From the NCBI GenBank assembly GCA_965262915.1, contig OZ253564.1, positions 1,248,001 through 1,312,000 of the forward strand: a stretch of DNA of 64,000 nucleotides. The letters run 5' to 3'. Source of the stretch: Candidatus Spongiisociaceae bacterium. GTDB lineage: Bacteria; Actinomycetota; Acidimicrobiia; Spongiisociales; Spongiisociaceae. The stretch's first letter is position 1; every line of letters starts with the position of its first letter. Shown here one piece after another: positions 41,653-51,384 of the stretch. The notes beneath the pieces are model-generated. The model worked only from the letters and a program-made list of their open reading frames with translations. It searched no databases and was not told where the DNA came from. The position numbers and the translations under genes were made by a program.

Positions 41653-42890
41653 CCGAAACTGAGGGCATCGATCGTCGCAGACCACAATGTGGGGCGACCA
41701 TCGGATCGGGAGTCTTGGTCGCTAATTGCCATACAGAAAATCCGTCGTCGTGCGGGCACGGATGCCTCCGGTGCGGACACGCCTGCTGCCGTTACGGCTC
41801 CGTAAGTCTCCGGTGGATTGGGAGTCGTATCAGGCAGAATCTTCACGGACTCGAGACGGTGAACCAACTGCACATCCAACCCCGAGGTGAGGACATCGGT
41901 CACGTCACCGAACAGGCCCAGACCTGCCATGGCCGTTCCGTGTCCGTTGCGGTCATGTCCGTCGGGGCCGACTACATCGTGGATGTCTCCAGCGTGGAGC
42001 GAGTCTCGGAACAGGGAGTGCTGGTAGATCCCGGTATCAAGCAGGCACACGGCGGGTGCATGCTCTGGAGCTGGGACGATGCGCCTTAGTGTTTTCTTTA
42101 CCCATTCCTGCTGGGTCTCGCGAGGAAGTTCGGCAGGCGAAGCCAGACTCGCGTATCGGATCTCAGCGATCGGAAGCCGAGACGCTAAAGAGGCACCCAG
42201 AGATGCCAAGTCTGTCCGGACGGCCGTAACGGTGCGTCCTGGGCGTGGGAACTCGACCGCTTGTGCAGCCAGTTCCCACTCGGCGCTTGCTGCGACCTGG
42301 GTGAGAGTGTCGAGTTCTTGTCCGGTACGGCGGAGCCAGATCTCCCACCAGCCCATGCTCTCGCTGGGATACGGACGGTGATCCGTCCACAACTGCTCCA
42401 GCGTCGCCCGCTGCAAGGACGCGATGTTGGCCACGAGCTTCTCGTGGCGTGGCGTGCCCTTGCGCGTTTCCTCATTGGCGTAGCGGTCAAGCCGTGAGAA
42501 GAACTGCCCGACTTGAGAGTCAGGAACGGAGACTGTCGCGATCTCGGCTGATAGAGGATCACCGGCAGGCAGTCTCACTGAGAGCAACTCGATACCCGAC
42601 CCTCGGAGATCGAGACTCTCCAAGGCGAGTGTGAACCCGTTCGGCCAACCCACCACAGCGAGAATGACACCGTCCGCTTTCAGTTCTTCGGACCACTGCT
42701 CTCGGGCATCCTGTGCCTCATCGATCGCCCCCTCGAGGCCTTCACGCAGTGCGCTGGCGTGTGCCTGCCGGTCGGGGATCTTAGGTAGCTTTGGTTGACC
42801 GTCCCCGCCACCGCGCCGCTGGTATCGGTCGGTGATCGGCTCGGCTGGAACCAGGATATGTGGAAGCTCGTAGACCATTCGCCCGCCCGA

Positions 42891-43868
42891 TCAGTTGTCG
42901 TTGGGACGCCGCTCTCGGAGCGCCTCTTCCAAGACAGCCGTTGTGATCCTCTTCTCTTGTGCTAACACGGTCTGTTTGGCTGCAGCCTCGGCAGCGCGAA
43001 CAAGGTCCGCTTGGCTTAAGCGAGCCGTCTGACCAGCAAGCACATCCCAATCAACGTCCATCGTGTCGAGCATCGCAAGCCGACTCCTCATCACCGCCAC
43101 CGCTGCACCAGGATCAGGCAGCGAATACTCGATAACCTGGTCAAATCTGCGATAAAGCGCTTGGTCCAACAACCTAGGATGATTCGTCGCCGCGACAACC
43201 ACGCTCACCGGTGACGCGTGTTCCAGGAATTGAAGGAAAGAGTTGAGCACCCGCCGAGCTTCGCCCACGTCGTTAGGCGCACCCCGTTCGGCTCCGAGAG
43301 CGTCAAACTCGTCGAACAGATAAACGGCTCTGGTCGACGCTACCGCATCGAACACGAGGCGCAGCTGAGCTGCCGTCTCCCCCATGTACTTGCTTATCAC
43401 TACATCGAGCTGGATGGTAAAGAGCGGTCGCTTCAAGCTATGGGCGAGCGCAGCCGCCGACATACTCTTGCCCGTACCCGGCGGGCCCAGAAGCAACACG
43501 CGATGAATAGGGTCAAGACCGTGGGTCGCCAGCAGGTCCGAGCGACGCTGCTCGGTGAGAATACGCTCAAGCTTCCTAAGCAACTGAGGTTCCAACGTCA
43601 TCATGTCCAAGGAGACCTCTGGGTAACTCACCGTCACCAGACCCGCGAGCTCCCCTCGCGGCTGCACCATCGGCACGGGACGCAAAGCCGCGGCCGCACG
43701 TTCTCCCTTCGCAGCATCGATCAAATCCCGAAGATCCTGGGCAAACCGATTCTTCCCTTCTCTGGCGGCTCTCGCAGCAACCTGAAGCGCGACGGAGTAG
43801 AAGCCGTCGTCGTCGCCATCCATGTGGCGACGAATTAATGCCTTGAAGTGATCAGCGGTGAGTGCCAT
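42891..43868 (-). CDS. ietA: AAA+ ATPase (IetA-like)
   Basis: GPPGTGKS, YLFDEFDA, AATNH, RRFD; 12 nt upstream of the S8 protease. Confidence 0.9.
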   Translation of the reverse strand: MALTADHFKALIRRHMDGDDDGFYSVALQVAARAAREGKNRFAQDLRDLIDAAKGERAAAALRPVPMVQPRGELAGLVTVSYPEVSLDMMTLEPQLLRKLERILTEQRRSDLLATHGLDPIHRVLLLGPPGTGKSMSAAALAHSLKRPLFTIQLDVVISKYMGETAAQLRLVFDAVASTRAVYLFDEFDALGAERGAPNDVGEARRVLNSFLQFLEHASPVSVVVAATNHPRLLDQALYRRFDQVIEYSLPDPGAAVAVMRSRLAMLDTMDVDWDVLAGQTARLSQADLVRAAEAAAKQTVLAQEKRITTAVLEEALRERRPNDN

Positions 43869-44088
43869 GAACTCCGTTCCCTCCCGGTGTCACCCCCGGC
43901 CCCGCCCCAGTCATCGCCAAGTCACTTCGTTCATGCCGGCGAGGACGTGGGTTGCACTCGGTTCTCACCATCCTACGCCGCCGACTCTCAGGTACGGCGC
44001 ATGTGCAGCTTCTTAGGTGTCTCCCACATCGGCTACTAAGCAAACGGCAGTTGAGACGATCGTGGAAGAACACACTCATAATGGAATG

Positions 44089-44325
44089 GCTCTTTCCTTT
44101 GGGGGCCACCTGCGAAGATGGGGTGGCCCCTTGGAGCGGGGGGCGGGTCTGACTCAAAAGAACACTGGCGTGCGCTTGCGTTGCCTTTGCGTTGATCTGT
44201 CGGCCTGTCCCCCGGTCCAGGGAAGAGCGGGGTTTCGGCTCCGAGCGGATGTGACCTAATAGGAGCTTTAGCTTCCCAGCACCGTGAGTGTACTGTCCAC
44301 CGCTTTTTGCCGGAACCCCGCAACA
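44089..44325 (+). ncRNA. Predicted IS110 bridge RNA (ends approximate)
   Basis: 5' hairpin 44101-44130; target loop with AAGAACA (44158-44164) and CGTTGAT (44190-44196); donor loop with ATAGGAGC (44259-44266) and TGAGTGT (44285-44291), closed by the stem GCGGGGTTTCGGC/GCCGGAACCCCGC. Confidence 0.8.
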
Positions 44326-44354
44326 AGAGTAGCGCCCTCGAGGAGGTGGTGGTC

Positions 44355-45587
44355 GTGTCGGGGAATCGGGTTGATGTGTTCGGTGGGGTTGATACCCATC
44401 GTGACACCCATGTAGCGGCGGTGGTGGATACTGCTGGTCGCCTGTTGGGGTCAGAGTCGTTCGCAGCGGAGGGAGCTGGGTATCAGCGGTTGGTCGCCTG
44501 GCTGGGATCGCAGGGACATCTGGTCCGGGTCGGGGTAGAAGGAACCGGTAGTTACGGCGCCGGGCTGGCCCGCTATCTGACCGAGGCCGACATCGAGGTG
44601 GTGGAGGTGAACCGGCCGAACCGCCAGCTACGCCGCCAGAAGGGCGGCAAGACCGACAGCGTCGACGCCGAGGCAGCAGCTCGGTCGGCCGCCTCGGGCC
44701 AAGCAACCGCAGTTCCCAAGTCCGGTGACGGTCCGGTCGAGTGCCTGCGGATGCTGAGGACGGCCCGCCGCTCCGCGGTCAAAGCCCGCACCCAGGCCGC
44801 CAACCAGATCCACTCTCTGGTGGTTACCGGCCCTGAGCAGGTCAAACAACAGCTAAAGGGCATGAATCTCAAAGCCCAGGTCCGAGTTTGCGCCCGGTTC
44901 CGACCCGGCACAGACCACACCACCACCGCCTACGCGAAGCGTGCCCTGCGGCATCTGGCCCGCCGATACCAAACCCTCGACACAGAGATCGGCGAACTCG
45001 ACACCGAGATCAGAGGCCTCTGCGCGAAGGCGAACCCGGCGCTGCTGGCGGCAGAAGGTGTCGGTCCTGACACAGCCGCCGCTTTGTTGGTCGCAGTCGG
45101 CGACAACCCCGGGCGTATGAAATCGGAACGGTCCTTTGCGGCGCTGTGCGGCACCAGCCCCGTCCAGGCATCATCGGGACAGACCATGCGGCATCGTCTC
45201 AACCGGGGCGGCGACCGGCAAGCAAACTGTGCGCTGTGGCGCATCGCTACCACCCGGATGCGCCACGACGCCCGCACCAAAGACTACGTAACCCGACGCC
45301 AGACCGAAGGAAAGAACCGAAAAGAGATCATCCGCTGCCTCAAGAGGCACATCGCCCGAGAAATATACCGACTCATCACTAACCCGCCACCAACCCCGAA
45401 CTGCGCGAAGCTGCGCACCCTACGCCAACAAGGCGGCATCACCATCACCCAAGCCGCCCACGCTCTCCGAACCCACCCTGCCCGCATCTCAGAAATCGAA
45501 CGCGGCCGAGACCACAACCACCAGCTCGCTACCCGATACCAGAACTGGCTCCGAACCCACCAACCCGCCCCACCATCATCGATTTGA
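44355..45587 (+). CDS. IS110 recombinase with C-terminal XRE-type HTH
   Basis: DEDD residues in GVDTH, GVEGTG, KTDSVDA; ASSG serine, RLNRGGDRQAN; RBS AGGAGG before GTG 44355. Confidence 0.93.
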   Translation: MSGNRVDVFGGVDTHRDTHVAAVVDTAGRLLGSESFAAEGAGYQRLVAWLGSQGHLVRVGVEGTGSYGAGLARYLTEADIEVVEVNRPNRQLRRQKGGKTDSVDAEAAARSAASGQATAVPKSGDGPVECLRMLRTARRSAVKARTQAANQIHSLVVTGPEQVKQQLKGMNLKAQVRVCARFRPGTDHTTTAYAKRALRHLARRYQTLDTEIGELDTEIRGLCAKANPALLAAEGVGPDTAAALLVAVGDNPGRMKSERSFAALCGTSPVQASSGQTMRHRLNRGGDRQANCALWRIATTRMRHDARTKDYVTRRQTEGKNRKEIIRCLKRHIAREIYRLITNPPPTPNCAKLRTLRQQGGITITQAAHALRTHPARISEIERGRDHNHQLATRYQNWLRTHQPAPPSSI

Positions 45588-45589
45588 CA
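45584..45589 (+). promoter_or_regulatory. -35 box of the IS110 circle-junction promoter
   Basis: TTGACA; on circularisation it lies 16 nt from CATAAT (44077-44082). Confidence 0.7.
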
Positions 45590-47106
45590 ATCATAGGAGC
45601 ATCAACGAGCGAGCAGCATCATCGGACGACCCGATACCCGTAGGTCCAATCCAGCGGTGGGCACTTGAACTACTACCCAACCCGGCAACTCTGCTCCCCG
45701 AAGGCGCCGAGATGGCCTACGAAGCGCTTTCGGTGAACCGAAGCCGCACAGTCCGATCATCCCGCGGCACCATCCGCCGCGACCTGGCAAACGACCTGAG
45801 GCTGCGCGACGGCGGCAGCCGCGCGGATCGCGCAGCCTCCGCATTCCTTCGGTCTACGCGAAGTAGAGCCCGCCGAACCCTTAGCCTGAATCCACCGATG
45901 GGGAGCGCGCAGCGGACATGGAGATATGGTGGAAATGCCTCCTGATCTGCGGCGATAGCTATTGGTAAGGATGGTTCGGTCCTGGGAAGAGGAGCAACTT
46001 CCTGTGAGTGGTGGATCCCGGAGATCGCCCTGGTCAGGAGTGGTTTTCGGAACATGAATCGGTGGATTCAGGCTTAGAGGGTGCGCGGATAGGCGGACGC
46101 GACCGCCCCTATCCGTAACTCCTACGCGGTTCCCACGCGGAGAGACTGCTGGTCATAGCCTCAGGGTCGTCAACCGTCGCAGCCTCCACTGTTTCCCCAG
46201 GTGAGCACCTATCCGCGCACCCTCTTAATCGAGATGACCGTAGACGACGTAGGAGTCGTCTACTGGTGAGGGATCCTCCCCGAACGACAAACCAGTCCAT
46301 ACCAGTGATCACACACCCAGACCAACGACGTAGGACAGCGGCCTCCGGTCACCTCCAAAGCACTTGGCGCGCCATCATCGTCAACAACTCACCGGAACCA
46401 CCGACCTGACGTGCCCATTGTGGACGGTGGAGGACGATGTGTGGATCATCCACGAAACTAGTGACGAAACCTGTAACCGCCGGGATTGGGGTGCCGTCGG
46501 GCGGAGGATCGGCGGGAGGAGCATGGGTTGCTGGATCGGGGCCGCTAAGTTGAAGCGGCTCTACCTCGTTGCTGGCAGGCGCTCACAGACTGAACATTGG
46601 CTAGCGTTGGTCGCCGTGGCGGTCTCTCTGTCGATGGACAAGATCACGAAGTACTAACGACAGTGATACCGTGTTGAGCAGTCGTGTAGTAAAATGCCTG
46701 TTTAGCAGGGTAAACAGTCGCAACTCCGAGTTACAGCCGGTAACTGGCGGAAACACCCCACAACCCGACCCCCGAACGCTACACAACATAACCCAAAAGT
46801 TTACAAGCCGATTTGCGGGCCGAGAACGCGGTCCCACACCGGGAGGCCCACCGACCCCCCAGATTTTCAGGTCCGGATGCCCCGCTTACGGAATGCTAGG
46901 GGTCGCCCCGGTGCGGAACAGATGCACGAGGGTTACGGCAAACCTCGCCCCACGCGGTGTCCATCGCGACTGGTTCGTCAAGGTCGGACACCGAGCCAAT
47001 AGCGCTGACCATCACCGGCCGCAGGGACAGCCCAGACATCATCGGGGGTTGGGCCGGTCGGCCTGTTTCAGCTGGTGCAGCCTTGGCCGTCTCCGTCACG
47101 GTCCAA

Positions 47107-47665
47107 GGGGTAGATCCAGCATCTGTACAGAAAGCGTCGGTTTTGGGCGGCGGTTAGGGGTCGGAGTTGGCCTGGGGGTGGTGTGGTTGTGTTGGTGACG
47201 TCGTATCGACGGTGGAGGTTGATGTGTTGGTAAACGGTGGTCGATAGCTGCACCGAGGTAGGTGGTGTTCCAAGTGGCGATGGCGGTGGTAGGCAGGGCG
47301 AGGCATTGGGCTTTGGAGGTCTTGGTCGTCGGTGGCTGAACCAGTCGACGTACTCGAGGGCCGCGTACTCGAGGCGGCCGAGGTCCCGCCATGGTCCTTT
47401 CTCTCGGATGGGTACGGTCTTGCACAGACCGATGACGACGCTGCCATAGCGTTGTTGTAGGGATCAGGTCGTTTTGGCGGCTGATGCTTGTAGGCGTGAG
47501 ATGAGCAGTGACACGGGTGTGTGACCGTGGCGGACGGTCGCAGCGACTCTGGGGAGCTCGCCCCAACGATTCGAGGACCCGTTGGACTACAACTCGCATC
47601 TGGCCTAACCCTTGACCTGATTACACCCAAACCGACGCGTTCTGTACATTTGCTAGACCAACCCC
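47107..47665 (-). mobile_element. Second Tn3-family mini-element with an internal IS3 fragment
   Basis: Imperfect 38-bp inverted repeats (47107-47144 and 47628-47665); TnpA tail AIATWNTTYL and QHINL...LRPL; IS3 fragment GPWRDLGRLEYAALEYVDWF. Confidence 0.75.
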
Positions 47666-47799
47666 GTCACCGCCGGCGTGTCAAGCGGTCGGCGGTGAGA
47701 CGTTACCTGCTGCACGACTGGCGTCTAATGATCCAGGGTCGTTCCGAAGCGGAACTGGCACACCCGCCCAGTGTTGTAGGACCTAGGCAGTCCACAACG

Positions 47800-49554
47800 C
47801 TACGTTACGTCAGCATCGGCTAGGGCTTGATCTGCTGACCGGTGTTCAGCGTTTGGGTTGAGCTGTGGTTGCGATGACAGGTCTTTGAGCCGCCAGTTGA
47901 TCGGCTTCTCTGGGTCGAAGCTCTTCTCCAGTTGGTGCAAGAAGTCGTTCCCAGGATGGTTCTCAACGGCGGTGGAGATGAGGTTGTGTGCATGCTCGGC
48001 CTTCCCCACAGCCTGGTAACGCGTCGCGAGGTCCAGGGATAAGCCTGCCCTAAATTCACGAGGCATCCTCAAGCAGTTACGCTTGCCATGGCTTCGGAGG
48101 TAGGCGTCGTGAACGGATTGGTGTTCCTCTAAGGGCCATTCTGGGACAGTTCCTAGGAGAAGATGCACTACCATAGCTTCAACAGATGGGGCCTCGACTT
48201 CTTCTCTGTATCTTGTTATGACAGCGTCATAATTCTGCATCGGTGTTTCGGCCATTGCCAGCTTGTTAAATAGGATATAGAGTGCTAAGTACGGCCTTCG
48301 TCGGGGCTTTCCTATATTCGGGAGCAGTTGTTCAACCTTCACGAGGGTATCTTGCAGGTCTGTAACGGCTTGTCCTCCGCGTACGAAGCCCGCTAATTGG
48401 TCTAGAAAGCCCTCCAGACGCTTCCGCCCAGCCGAGGCGGTCACGCTCTCGACCCGACCAATCCAGTACTGCGGAGCAGGAGGGACGTATACAATACCTG
48501 CGCGTTCTTGGCTGTAGTCGTAAACCTCGGTAGTGACCTTCGGCTGACTCCTTATGAAGTCGTTGATCACGTGACGTGCCAAGCGTGCCATACCCTGGAA
48601 CGTCAGGATAGTAACGCCGCCCATACTGAGGGATTCGCCGTGGTGCGGGACTGCCGTGAGTAAAGTCGGTAACTCCCCAAGCTCATGAATGTGCTTTGAG
48701 CGTAGTCCATAGGCTCGGTTCAGTGCGCGCCGAAGATCCGCGCGTCCTATCGGGTTTTCTGACCCCGAAGCCTCTTCACGAAAGTAAGACGGCTGTAGAT
48801 GATCTAGTGCAAATTCACAGAAACGACGGCTGGCTGCGACATGCTCAATCTCCAAGAGTGCACTCTTCACCCGCTCCCTTGTCTGGTCATCCGTCTCGTC
48901 CAACGCCTTGTCGAGTTTGCAGCGCTTGTCTTCAGGATAATCGTCCCAATTAGGAACATGGCCGTCGAACCCCTGAGTTAACGACTCAATGGAAGCGACT
49001 AGCAATGTATAAGTCAGTTCAGGATCGTCTACGAGCCGGTGGAGCCCAATAATATAGTTGCGTATTGCTCGCATGGACGCAAGGTAGGTCTTGCGTTCGA
49101 GTCCAATCAGATCGCTTACGAACCCGACCAGTGTGGTGGCGTCATCGTCGTGGCACCAGACTTGAGAATCGAAGGTCCGGCTAACTAGACTGCTCGGTAC
49201 AACACCAACCAGAGGGCCGCCCGGTTGACTACTTGTTAGCCTGCGGGTGAGTTCATGATCAGGCGTACATGTAACGTTCAGTGCGAAAGAGACGATTGCC
49301 GTAAAGTCACTCAGATATGGATCAATACCATGAGATACGATTACTCCGGGGCCGGGCTCACCTTCGATCAGTTCCGTCAGTTCGTATACGGCGGTACCCG
49401 CATCGCGTAGGAAACTCGTCGGCAATAGCCGGCCAGCAGCCGTCTCTATCGGGGCTCTGCCATACAGCTGGAGATTCGTATGAACTATCCCACGGAGTTC
49501 ATTACGCTGTGCTGGCCCGTGGCTAAAGAGTTTACCCGAAGCTATTTGAAGCAT
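47800..49554 (-). CDS. Hypothetical protein with ApeA-like HEPN motif
   Basis: About 584 aa; YTLLVASIESL and AYGLRSKHIH (Rx4H). Confidence 0.65.
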   Translation of the reverse strand: MLQIASGKLFSHGPAQRNELRGIVHTNLQLYGRAPIETAAGRLLPTSFLRDAGTAVYELTELIEGEPGPGVIVSHGIDPYLSDFTAIVSFALNVTCTPDHELTRRLTSSQPGGPLVGVVPSSLVSRTFDSQVWCHDDDATTLVGFVSDLIGLERKTYLASMRAIRNYIIGLHRLVDDPELTYTLLVASIESLTQGFDGHVPNWDDYPEDKRCKLDKALDETDDQTRERVKSALLEIEHVAASRRFCEFALDHLQPSYFREEASGSENPIGRADLRRALNRAYGLRSKHIHELGELPTLLTAVPHHGESLSMGGVTILTFQGMARLARHVINDFIRSQPKVTTEVYDYSQERAGIVYVPPAPQYWIGRVESVTASAGRKRLEGFLDQLAGFVRGGQAVTDLQDTLVKVEQLLPNIGKPRRRPYLALYILFNKLAMAETPMQNYDAVITRYREEVEAPSVEAMVVHLLLGTVPEWPLEEHQSVHDAYLRSHGKRNCLRMPREFRAGLSLDLATRYQAVGKAEHAHNLISTAVENHPGNDFLHQLEKSFDPEKPINWRLKDLSSQPQLNPNAEHRSADQALADADVT

Positions 49555-49768
49555 GATTATCTCGTTACACAATTCTTTTCAAGGTTGATGGCGACTCTTT
49601 TTAATGTTGATGGCGACGCGATCTAGTCGGCCCTTCACGGGACGCTGGGTTTCGTCGGTTCTTGTTGTCGGTGTCCGTTCATGTTAGGAGGCGGATTCGG
49701 GCGGTGTAGCTGCGTGGGTACCTCGTCCTCCAGACTACGGCTCGACTGCATCATGCCAAGTAGTAGAG

Positions 49769-50170
49769 CTACTCGTCGAGCGTCTGGCTCATCCGGATCG
49801 AGTTGTAGATGTGCTCCCAGCGCTCACGGGTTTGGGGTCGCACGCCGCGGAACTCGATGCCAGCCAGCATCCGAACGTCGCTTTCGGGGAGCCCCTTCGC
49901 CTGGGCGAACTCGTGCAGGCTGTCGGGGATGTCGGTGGGCTGCTTTGCGAGCAGCCGACGGCCGAGGAGGGCGCTCATGGTGACGCCGAGTGCTTTGGCG
50001 ACGGCGTAGAGGGTTTCGGCCGATGGTCGCTTGCCGGCCGTGTTCTCAAGACTCCAGAGGTAACCCTTGCTCACCCCGGCGGATATGGCGAGCTGGCTGA
50101 GACTTAGGCCGGTGTCACCTCGATACTTGCGGATTCGATCTCCAATTGATTCGCCGGTCTCGTTGCTCAT
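49769..50170 (-). CDS. capH: XRE HTH regulator, CapH-like
   Basis: IGDRIRKYR...LSLSQLA...VSKGYLWSLEN...PSAETL; follows the peptidase, divergent from CBASS. Confidence 0.75.
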   Translation of the reverse strand: MSNETGESIGDRIRKYRGDTGLSLSQLAISAGVSKGYLWSLENTAGKRPSAETLYAVAKALGVTMSALLGRRLLAKQPTDIPDSLHEFAQAKGLPESDVRMLAGIEFRGVRPQTRERWEHIYNSIRMSQTLDE

Positions 50171-50213
50171 GGTTGGTGGAGGCTGCGTGGTGCGATCATG
50201 GGTCTCCCTTTCG

Positions 50214-51038
50214 TTACAGGCCACGGCGGTAGAGCGCAAGGACGCGCTTTCGTCCGTTGTAGGGCACTACCCGTGCCGAAACCTCGACATCCGGAACAGG
50301 CTCCCGCGAGAGCTCGTCGAGGGTCGTGTGTTCATGCACCACCTCTCCCTGCATGGCACGCCCAAGGGGTGAGTCGATGCTGACCGACTTGTGGGTGGGG
50401 ATGAATGGCCAGTCCCCCCGGCTTCGGGCGGTACGAACACGCAATTTAGGCTCGGCGTGCGGGTCGCCGTGCTGGCTTGGCTTTAGATTGTCTTCGAGGA
50501 CGATGAACATCGTCGGGTAGGGTGCGAGGTCCACGATTCGGTGTCCGCTCGCTTCGAGGCTCGCCTGGTAGGTCTCTGCCACGTTCATCAGGGTCTCTAT
50601 CCCGAAGTCGGTGTTGTTCAGGTCCGCTTGCAGGTGCTTCTGAGGTAGGAGAAGTGAGCTAGCGCCCTGATCGCACATGGCTTCGAGGTCATTGCCTTTC
50701 CCTGGAGTGACCGAAGGTGCGCATCGGTAGCGCGGCTGCAGCTCAAAGCCCTGAAAGAAGGTGTGAACACACTCGTGGAAGATGGTGAATCGCCGTCGCG
50801 TCTCTCCATCCGAGGCCCTCACCTTGATCGTGATGTCCTGATCGTCGCAGATGAGGCACCCCGCGACATCAAGTTCGGTCTCCTCGATTCGTGACACATC
50901 GAGGTATGAGGCCACGACTGCGGGATCGATTGGGGGAGTTAGCGCCAGCTCATTGATGACGTCGTCCGCGACGGCGACAACGTCCGCGGGCCCGGGCTGG
51001 CGGAGGCACTGGAACTCGAGGAGGGACAGCTGTTTCAC
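50214..51038 (-). CDS. capP: ImmA/IrrE metallopeptidase, CapP-like
   Basis: RRRFTIFHECVH (HExxH) and EAMCDQGASSLLLP; probable GTG start at 51038. Confidence 0.78.
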   Translation of the reverse strand: MKQLSLLEFQCLRQPGPADVVAVADDVINELALTPPIDPAVVASYLDVSRIEETELDVAGCLICDDQDITIKVRASDGETRRRFTIFHECVHTFFQGFELQPRYRCAPSVTPGKGNDLEAMCDQGASSLLLPQKHLQADLNNTDFGIETLMNVAETYQASLEASGHRIVDLAPYPTMFIVLEDNLKPSQHGDPHAEPKLRVRTARSRGDWPFIPTHKSVSIDSPLGRAMQGEVVHEHTTLDELSREPVPDVEVSARVVPYNGRKRVLALYRRGL

Positions 51039-51130
51039 GTTCCCGTTCGATGATAGGGCGTTCTCGGTCAGGAACTGGTATCGTACTCCGGTAGAGAACG
51101 GGATGGTCCCGTTCGGGAACGGGGGGTGAG

Positions 51131-51376
51131 ATGAGCTCACGCAACGAACGACACGTTACGCCGCATCCGGAGGGTGGCTGGCAGGTTACCCGTCCGGGTG
51201 CCGCCCGGGCCATTGCGCGTACCGAAACGCAAGCAGACGGGATCGACCGAGCAAGAGCACTCCTGGGCAACGACGACGGCGGCGAGTTGGTGATTCATGG
51301 CCGCGACGGCCGGATCCGTGACTCGGACACGATCTCGCCGGGCAACGATCCGTTCCCACCAGCGGACACGCGGTAA
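51131..51376 (+). CDS. DUF2188 protein
   Basis: RHVTPH..GGWQV...TQADGIDRAR...ELVIHGRDGRIRDSDT. Confidence 0.85.
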   Translation: MSSRNERHVTPHPEGGWQVTRPGAARAIARTETQADGIDRARALLGNDDGGELVIHGRDGRIRDSDTISPGNDPFPPADTR

Positions 51377-51384
51377 CCGCCACC

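Larger units (their letters stand above)
38930..42878 (-). pseudogene. ietS: S8 subtilisin-like protease (IetS-like) interrupted by ISL3
   Basis: Triad CLLDTG / GHGTAMAG / NATSAAA; removing the IS and one target copy restores an 835-aa frame (DALSFG-TDVSAT). Confidence 0.9.
44071..45601 (+). mobile_element. IS110-family element bounded by CA cores
   Basis: CA at 44071-44072 and 45600-45601; boundaries supported by four guide matches, a junction promoter and restoration of a flanking reading frame. Confidence 0.85.

Noticed and set aside
15985-46453. GTGTGGATCATCCAC at 15985 and 46439
   Set aside because: A single 15-bp match is plausible by chance in 64 kb and marks no clear boundary.
12258-46763. 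GGCGGAAACACCCCACAA at 12258 and 46746 as possible attL/attR
   Set aside because: No intact integrase or tRNA next to either copy and similarity does not extend; unsupported, though not excluded.
46660-46810. AT-richer segment resembling a res or dif site
   Set aside because: Only one TTATGTT-like half is present; no convincing 11-6-11 or repeat structure.
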